NCBI GenBank assembly: GCA_963931495.1
Contig: OZ007020.1
Span: 420,001-452,000 of the forward strand
Direction of reading: 5' to 3'
DNA: 32,000 nt
Source: an uncultured Alphaproteobacteria bacterium
Lineage (GTDB): Bacteria > Pseudomonadota > Alphaproteobacteria > Rs-D84
Part shown: piece by piece, positions 1 through 5,950 of the stretch
How positions within the stretch are numbered: position 1 is the stretch's first letter
Layout: every line of letters starts with the position of its first letter
The notes under the pieces: model-generated
The model's input: only the letters and a program-made list of their open reading frames with translations
Database searches by the model: none
What the model was told of the DNA's origin: nothing
Made by a program: the position numbers and the translations under genes

Positions 1-2291
1 GGGACGCATACACCGTGATGGATGATTTGGATTCGGGTTCTGCAAATCCGTTAAGTGGCAAAGAAGGGGATGCGCTGTTTAATGCATCGCACCAACTATG
101 TGCCCAGCAAATGCCCGAATGTAATGAACAGTTAAGTATGCTGTCACTGATGTATCGCCAGCAAATTCGTTCCGATTGCACGGCGTATGAAAACAGTTTG
201 AATCAACAAAAACAAGCCAGCCAACAAAAATTAGCCGCGGCCCAAACGGCGTTACGCCAGGCGTCATATGAACAACTGCAAGCGGCGAATAAGTACGACT
301 TGGGTCAATGTACGGTTGAATTCAAAAACTGTATGATAACAACCGGTGGGTGTGGCGATGACTTTGCCGGGTGTGCAACAGTTGCGGCGTTTGATGCAAC
401 AAATACACGCGGTCGGGCCAGTGATGCAGAAAAATATTCAATCAAAGGCGCTGTTACAGAAATAGAAATTAATGCGTCAACGTACGATATTTTGTTGTCT
501 AAAAAGCCGTTGTGCGAAAGCGTGACTCAGCAATGTGTTAATGTTGCCGATCAAGTTTGGGATACTTTTTTGCGTGATATTGCGCCCCAGGTAAAGTCAG
601 CGGAATTAATTGCCGAAGATAATGCGCGCCAAAATTGCATTGGTAACATATCGTCATGTTTTCAACAGGCGTGTCGTGATACCATGGATCCAAATGATCC
701 AGATGGTTCGTATGATATGTGTCTGACACGGCCAGAAACAATGCTGGACTTATGTACAGTGCCGTTGAATGCATGTGAAATTTCTACGACGTCGGCGGCC
801 GAAGCAGAGGCGTCGCCAATATGGGAATTTGTGGTTGCGCGTTTGCAATCAATGCGTGTGAATTCGTGTACAACGCAATTCAAAGAATGTTTGCAATCCG
901 AAGACAGATGTGGTTCGGATTATACACAGTGCGTTGGACTGGATACAGATACAATCGTGCGGATGTGCCCGTATGACGCGTTGCCCGGATGCCAGCAGGT
1001 TTATGGCAGTAATGAAATTCGCGATGATGCCGTATATGACGAATTATATGAATTCGCCCAGGGAATATTCTTGGGCATAGACAACAATATGTTGGAATAT
1101 TGCCAGTCTGCGTTGGATGAAGCGGTCATAGAAGTTTGCGGTTCAACAGATTCCTGTGACCAGTACATGTTAAATCAAGATGTTGGTACGCGTTCATTGG
1201 ATTACAAAATCTGTGATATCCAGGTTATTGATGGTACGGATATTGCGTATTCAAATTGTCGGACAACGGCATCGCAAATAACAGATGTTGAATTGGGACG
1301 CAATGCAACCGGACAAATTTCACCGTTGGGTGGCGTTATTACAGGTACAATTTATTGGGACAGTGTTGATGTTGACAGCAATGGCAACATTACCCCGGTT
1401 GATGAATATTTCGTAAATGCAGATTTGACAGATGCATCAGATTCAGAAAAAGAAATGGTGGCGTTGGAATTGGGGGCGTTACAGACCAATATAGATATGG
1501 TGTTTGGTATGATTGAATCTGACCCGACCGTACAATTCTGTATGAGTGGCCGTGAAGTTCAGGGTATTAAACCGTATTCTGGGGAAACAAAACCACGGTT
1601 CCCAGAATTAACCAAACAGGTACGTATGCAGATTGCAACATCGGCACTGAATGCCGCGCGGGATAATTATTACCAGCGATATGATGAATTAAATGAACAA
1701 ATGAGCAAAGATAATATTGAAATCGCCGAACGTATTGCCGCGGTCAGTGGTGAAAATGCAAAAGATGTTCGTCGTGAAGCCGCACGCCAGGCATGTGTGA
1801 ACTTGGCAGATATGTCTGGTATGCCAAAGTCAGAGACACCAAAATCACTGGTTGGAACAATTATTGCCGCCGCGGTTATCGCGACATCGGCGGTTCTGAT
1901 TACAGTGTTCAGTGCAGGGATTGGTGGGTTGGTCGGGCTGGCAGCAACAGTTACAGCCAAAAGCGCCATTGTCGCGGCGGCACCAATAGTATATGTGGCC
2001 GCCGGGTCAGCCGGACTGGGGGCGGTCAGTGGATGGATCCAAGGGGCCGCAACGGCGGATTATTCTGGTGCCCAGGTTACAAACGAAGTCAAGGATTTAA
2101 CAGGGTATTTTGAAAATAAGCAATGGAATTACGAAGAAACAATTACAACAGAATTCAATATGGATACTCTGGTTTGTCACAAGTGTGTAAAATCACGTCA
2201 ATGTGCGAAAATAAAAACACCATTGTTTGGCAGCAAGTCTTGCAAGCAATGGGAAGAACCAATTGAGGTTTGTTCAGATATTGAGTTTTAA
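1..2291 (+). CDS. Cysteine-rich exported protein, family member A. The 5' end lies outside the window. It has a C-terminal Gly/Ala-rich hydrophobic anchor.
   Basis: The frame is open from nt 3 to the TAA at 2289-2291. The track ORF 15..2291 starts at an internal GTG and has no signal peptide there. I count about 33 Cys by hand. There are two copies of C-x6-C-x6-C-G-x2-[FY]-x2-C (nt 309-374 and 867-932). The protein is collinear with the gene at 30332 at an offset of about 186 aa. A hydrophobic stretch LVGTIIAAAVIATSAVLITVFSAGIGGLVGLAA...VAAGSAGLGAVSG lies at nt ~1848-2051. A hairpin terminator follows. Confidence 0.85.
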   Translation, partial: DAYTVMDDLDSGSANPLSGKEGDALFNASHQLCAQQMPECNEQLSMLSLMYRQQIRSDCTAYENSLNQQKQASQQKLAAAQTALRQASYEQLQAANKYDLGQCTVEFKNCMITTGGCGDDFAGCATVAAFDATNTRGRASDAEKYSIKGAVTEIEINASTYDILLSKKPLCESVTQQCVNVADQVWDTFLRDIAPQVKSAELIAEDNARQNCIGNISSCFQQACRDTMDPNDPDGSYDMCLTRPETMLDLCTVPLNACEISTTSAAEAEASPIWEFVVARLQSMRVNSCTTQFKECLQSEDRCGSDYTQCVGLDTDTIVRMCPYDALPGCQQVYGSNEIRDDAVYDELYEFAQGIFLGIDNNMLEYCQSALDEAVIEVCGSTDSCDQYMLNQDVGTRSLDYKICDIQVIDGTDIAYSNCRTTASQITDVELGRNATGQISPLGGVITGTIYWDSVDVDSNGNITPVDEYFVNADLTDASDSEKEMVALELGALQTNIDMVFGMIESDPTVQFCMSGREVQGIKPYSGETKPRFPELTKQVRMQIATSALNAARDNYYQRYDELNEQMSKDNIEIAERIAAVSGENAKDVRREAARQACVNLADMSGMPKSETPKSLVGTIIAAAVIATSAVLITVFSAGIGGLVGLAATVTAKSAIVAAAPIVYVAAGSAGLGAVSGWIQGAATADYSGAQVTNEVKDLTGYFENKQWNYEETITTEFNMDTLVCHKCVKSRQCAKIKTPLFGSKSCKQWEEPIEVCSDIEF

Positions 2292-2298
2292 TAAATAG

Positions 2299-2327
2299 AA
2301 AATCCCGCCAATGTCGGGATTTTTATT
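2299..2327. terminator. Bidirectional intrinsic terminator between convergent genes
   Basis: AATCCCG (2301-2307), loop CCAATGT, CGGGATT (2315-2321). An A-run lies 5' and TTTT lies 3'. Confidence 0.75.
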
Positions 2328-2357
2328 GTTCCGACGTAATACCACGGGCGTGACTAT

Positions 2358-3335
2358 TTATTTTATTTCATCAATTGATGTTATGACGCGTATGCCAGAT
2401 TTTTCCCATTCTTGGCGGTGTGTTTCAAAATCCATTATATTCGTTTGGCCCATGTATAATATTGGTTGCACGTTGTTTGCCGCGGCAACTGTGACCAGTG
2501 TTTTAATTGGTGATGGGCGTTGGCCACCGGTTGTGAACCATGTTTCTTCATCGGCAACCCAGAAGTTTGCATCGTCGTGTACGGCAATGGCGTTTTTATC
2601 GGTTAATATTATGTCGTCTTGGGTTGTGTATGCAATGCCTTGTTCGGTCAGATATTTTGTTACACTGTTTTCATTGTTATTGTCATTGATGATGGGGATG
2701 GGGGTGTCATCAAAATTTATTTCCGAGAATACTGGGTTAAATTCCGGCATCATTGTATCAACGTCGTTGTCTGATTCCATTGGAACATCAAAATCGTTTG
2801 GCAATGGTATTTGCCCCACAGGCTGTAATTCGGGTGCCGTGGGTTGTGCCGGGGGCGCGGATGTAATGTTACTGATATCAAATCCAGAACGGGGCAAGGC
2901 CGCAAGGTTGTTTTTTGCACGCGTATACATTGTGCGCATTTCGTGTGGCATGTTTGGTGGAAATTCTGGCGCATGATTTTGTTCTGGAATTTTTTCCGTC
3001 GGCGCCGGTGTATCATTGTTTTTGTCTGTTTGGGGCGCGTCACATGGAACAGGTTCCATAAACTTTGGTATTTTTATCGTAAACAGTGGTGCGTTACGGC
3101 GCGCAATTATTACAGTTGTTGCAACATATAATGGCAGTGCTGATAATATTAACAAACCAAATACAAATCCAGGAAATCCATGCAGTTCTGAACGCGCCAA
3201 GTGAATCCAGTATTCGGTGGAAAACATATTGAAATTAAACATCCAATATAAAATTGCCCACATTGTGAAAATATAAAATACTGTCCATATTAATGGATGC
3301 TTGATGCGTTTGAAAAAATTCAGTACTTTATTCAT
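2358..3335 (-). CDS. Hypothetical membrane protein with two N-terminal TM helices, a Pro-rich acidic linker and a C-terminal globular domain
   Basis: Long ORF. The track start at 3356 is a TTG, so I prefer the ATG at 3335 (MNKVLNFFKR...). Hydrophobic segments are LIWTVFYIFTMWAILYWMF and FVFGLLILSALPLYVATTVII. The linker reads PVPCDAPQTDKNNDTPAPTEKIPEQNHAPEFPP...APPAQPTAPELQPVGQIPLP. I recognise no family. Confidence 0.7.
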   Translation of the reverse strand: MNKVLNFFKRIKHPLIWTVFYIFTMWAILYWMFNFNMFSTEYWIHLARSELHGFPGFVFGLLILSALPLYVATTVIIARRNAPLFTIKIPKFMEPVPCDAPQTDKNNDTPAPTEKIPEQNHAPEFPPNMPHEMRTMYTRAKNNLAALPRSGFDISNITSAPPAQPTAPELQPVGQIPLPNDFDVPMESDNDVDTMMPEFNPVFSEINFDDTPIPIINDNNNENSVTKYLTEQGIAYTTQDDIILTDKNAIAVHDDANFWVADEETWFTTGGQRPSPIKTLVTVAAANNVQPILYMGQTNIMDFETHRQEWEKSGIRVITSIDEIK

Positions 3336-3345
3336 ATGTATATAA

Positions 3346-3373
3346 AGTATAGACAATAATATAGATTTGTCAA
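3346..3373 (-). promoter_or_regulatory. Putative sigma70-type promoter for the 2358-3335 gene
   Basis: On the minus strand: TTGACA (3373-3368), 16 nt, TATACT (3351-3346). The -10 lies only ~10 nt upstream of the ATG at 3335, which implies a very short leader. Confidence 0.4.
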
Positions 3374-3482
3374 TGTTTGTATGATTTTATGTTGTTGGGT
3401 TTTGAAAAAGTGCTTTTTTTTGTCGCGTTTTTAGGATATAATCTGTTAATAAGAGTGTCTTATAACAAGGGGGAGTTTTCCT

Positions 3483-5504
3483 ATGCAAAATTTGCTGAAA
3501 ATGTTTGGCGTATCCGTTGTTGGTTTGGGAATCTGTGCGTTCGTTGGGGGCGCGTATGCGGTGGATACCAGTGCTGGGCGTGCGGCATATAATACGGTGC
3601 AATCTGCGCGGGCCGGTGCCACATCCCAGGCGCGTATGCCGACAATGCCGTCTTTGCCAATTAATGCGGTTGGAAATTTGTCCCCGAATGTGTCGGTGGA
3701 TAATGGGAATAATAATGATGATGGCGGTGGAAATGATGGTAACCCGGATATTCCCCCAGAACCAGAATGCCCAGATGGCGGGGTTAAAAATTCTGAATAT
3801 ACAGTGGATGATTGTATGAATGATATTCTGGCATGCATAAACAATGGGGCATTGCCGGGTGGGTTGAACGACATGTTTAACGAAGATCTGCGTAACGCGA
3901 TTGTTAATGGAATGGGACTGTGTGCAACCCAGGTTGACAGATGTATTACAGATGTGCGGCGCGATTGTGAAAATGTATATCGTTCGTCGGCAGATGTCTG
4001 GATTGATTTTAATTCGCGCAAGGTGCAACCGGAATACTATAACTTTGTATTGCGCAAAACGGGCTTGACCCCGAACCAGGCGGAAAATACATGCGAATTG
4101 TTGGACAGAAATGTTTATGGTTCTTCGTTTAATGCGGTGTCAAATTCGGGTACTGTTACCGCAGAATATAATAACCGGGTTGGCGCGTATAACAGCCAAA
4201 ATGGAAATGTGTTGGTTAAAACAACACCCCAAGGCGTCCAGGTTAACAGTAATGACAATTCCGTAGATGGCCAACGTGGGCACTATGCACGATGGGATCC
4301 GACAACTGCAGAATGCTGGTTGCGGGTGGCGGCCTATAACAAGGATACACATATTAAAAACAGTTGGCTGTTCGGTGCCGCTGGGAATGACCAGCCCGCC
4401 GAAGTGTGGCGTCTGGCCGGGGATACGTTTACGTGCAATCGCGATCTGTTCGGATTTTCTTTGATGAATCAAACAAATACCGCGGCCGTTGTTGGTATCG
4501 GTGGTGGTACACTGTTGGGTGTCGGGGTTGGTGCAATTGCCGGACATGGTGAACGTGCGTTTAACTGTGATATCAAAAATCATCGCGATATGTTGATGTC
4601 GGCGTTAAAGCAAAATGATTCTGTGGGCAAGGTGAATAAATATCTGGGGGCCGGTGTTCAATTGTCTGTGATTGATGACACTATGACACGCGAACAATGT
4701 GCGGCGGTTGTTACCCTGTATGATAACGCGGTCAGTAATTCGTTGTTGGTGACAACGGATATATCTGGGACAATGACGTTGGATATCCAGGCGGTTTGTG
4801 CCGCTGGCCAGGCAGAGGCTGATTGCATCAACGCCAATGCACGTGGGTGTGCCGATGCGGGTATAACCACAATTGCGGCGTGCCAAGATTTCTTGTCAGG
4901 GCAATCTTGTGTCAATATGTCGCCGGATGAATGTATTGATTACTTGGTGAATGATTTGGGTGTGAACAGAAATGCGATTACGGTTGAAAGCGTGTCGGAA
5001 ACAACGATGGTCACAACCCAAGAAGCCAGCGATATTCGTGCAATATTTACCAGCGATGTAATTGATTTAATGCAAAATGGCGATGATTCTAATATGGGCA
5101 AGGCAATTGGTATTGGCGCCGCGGCCGGTGCCGGTGCCGGTGGATTGGCCACAGCGATAACGGCATTTGTTGAACGCAGTAATATTAATTGCCGCGTTGG
5201 TGATGGTCTGGCCCAGGTCGGATATGGTAAATCGTATGCGATTGAATCGTTAAAAGATTTCTATGTTAAGTGGAATTTGAATTTACCGGATACTGTATCG
5301 CCGACGGCCACGGTTGTGGACTGTGATTCATGGCGGCGTGCATGTGGCACAATCAAAGATTTGAATCAATGTCCACATGTTCAGATTAATTATCGGCCGG
5401 CCGGGGCGGCGACAACAACACTGATACCATCGGCATGTGCCGTATCGGGCAGTGAATGTATTGAAAACTATCCGGTGGCAAAATCGTTTGGTGCATGTAA
5501 GTAA
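3483..5504 (+). CDS. Cysteine-rich exported protein, family member B, with two internal glycine-zipper segments
   Basis: RBS AAGGGGGAG lies 8 nt upstream of the ATG. Signal peptide MQNLLKMFGVSVVGLGICAFVGGAYA. ARMPTM box at nt 3630-3647. 24 Cys by hand count. Cys units include C-x6-C-x7-C (CATQVDRCITDVRRDC) and a duplicated C-x8-C-x7-C (nt 4797-4934). Glycine zippers are AAVVGIGGGTLLGVGVGAIAG (4479-4550) and GKAIGIGAAAGAGAGGLATAITA (5097-5168). A terminator follows. Confidence 0.9.
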   Translation: MQNLLKMFGVSVVGLGICAFVGGAYAVDTSAGRAAYNTVQSARAGATSQARMPTMPSLPINAVGNLSPNVSVDNGNNNDDGGGNDGNPDIPPEPECPDGGVKNSEYTVDDCMNDILACINNGALPGGLNDMFNEDLRNAIVNGMGLCATQVDRCITDVRRDCENVYRSSADVWIDFNSRKVQPEYYNFVLRKTGLTPNQAENTCELLDRNVYGSSFNAVSNSGTVTAEYNNRVGAYNSQNGNVLVKTTPQGVQVNSNDNSVDGQRGHYARWDPTTAECWLRVAAYNKDTHIKNSWLFGAAGNDQPAEVWRLAGDTFTCNRDLFGFSLMNQTNTAAVVGIGGGTLLGVGVGAIAGHGERAFNCDIKNHRDMLMSALKQNDSVGKVNKYLGAGVQLSVIDDTMTREQCAAVVTLYDNAVSNSLLVTTDISGTMTLDIQAVCAAGQAEADCINANARGCADAGITTIAACQDFLSGQSCVNMSPDECIDYLVNDLGVNRNAITVESVSETTMVTTQEASDIRAIFTSDVIDLMQNGDDSNMGKAIGIGAAAGAGAGGLATAITAFVERSNINCRVGDGLAQVGYGKSYAIESLKDFYVKWNLNLPDTVSPTATVVDCDSWRRACGTIKDLNQCPHVQINYRPAGAATTTLIPSACAVSGSECIENYPVAKSFGACK

Positions 5505-5532
5505 AAAAATCCGCCGCATGGCGGATTTTTTC
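5503..5532. terminator. Bidirectional intrinsic terminator
   Basis: A7 run, ATCCGCC (5509-5515), loop GCAT, GGCGGAT (5520-5526), T5-6 run. Confidence 0.8.
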
Positions 5533-5950
5533 ATCTGTAAATATGGGTGTCATCCGTGGGGCGACGGGGCGCGGAAAGTGGCGTCTATAAATAAATATCA
5601 ATTCATGTAATACGTCGTTTGGGCGTTTATTTCGTTATTTGGACAGATTGTTTGATTTGCTGGAATAGTATTTGTGCAACAGAGTGTATCGCCACTGGTG
5701 CGTTTCCATTGATGGGCAATGTTTATATCTGATACTTGTGTGATGGTGAATGGTTGGTGCGGTTGTGGATAATATGGCATTAAACAGATATGCGTTATTC
5801 TGTTAATTTTTGTTTATAAGTATGTGTTGATAAGCCAATTGTTATTGCAAACCACAAACCGCGGTACAGATTTGGTAAATACAGGGAATAAACAAATACA
5901 GAAATTGCCACTATACCCGGGTGTAAAAGTCGGTGTGCTTATTGATTTTT

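Noticed and set aside
2311-2976. A 221-aa plus-strand ORF overlapping the 2358-3335 gene.
   Set aside because: It starts inside the terminator hairpin, has no RBS, and its translation has no recognisable features. The opposite-strand ORF has clear TM helices and a coherent architecture.
3387-4028. Minus-strand ORFs of 213 and 191 aa overlapping the start of gene B.
   Set aside because: They are antisense to a gene with a strong RBS, a signal peptide and family motifs. They would also run through the B promoter region.
5598-5780. A 60-aa minus-strand ORF in the long gap, considered as a genuine small gene.
   Set aside because: It has no Shine-Dalgarno-like sequence and no signal peptide, and its composition is unusual. 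I keep it only as a note under the gap finding.
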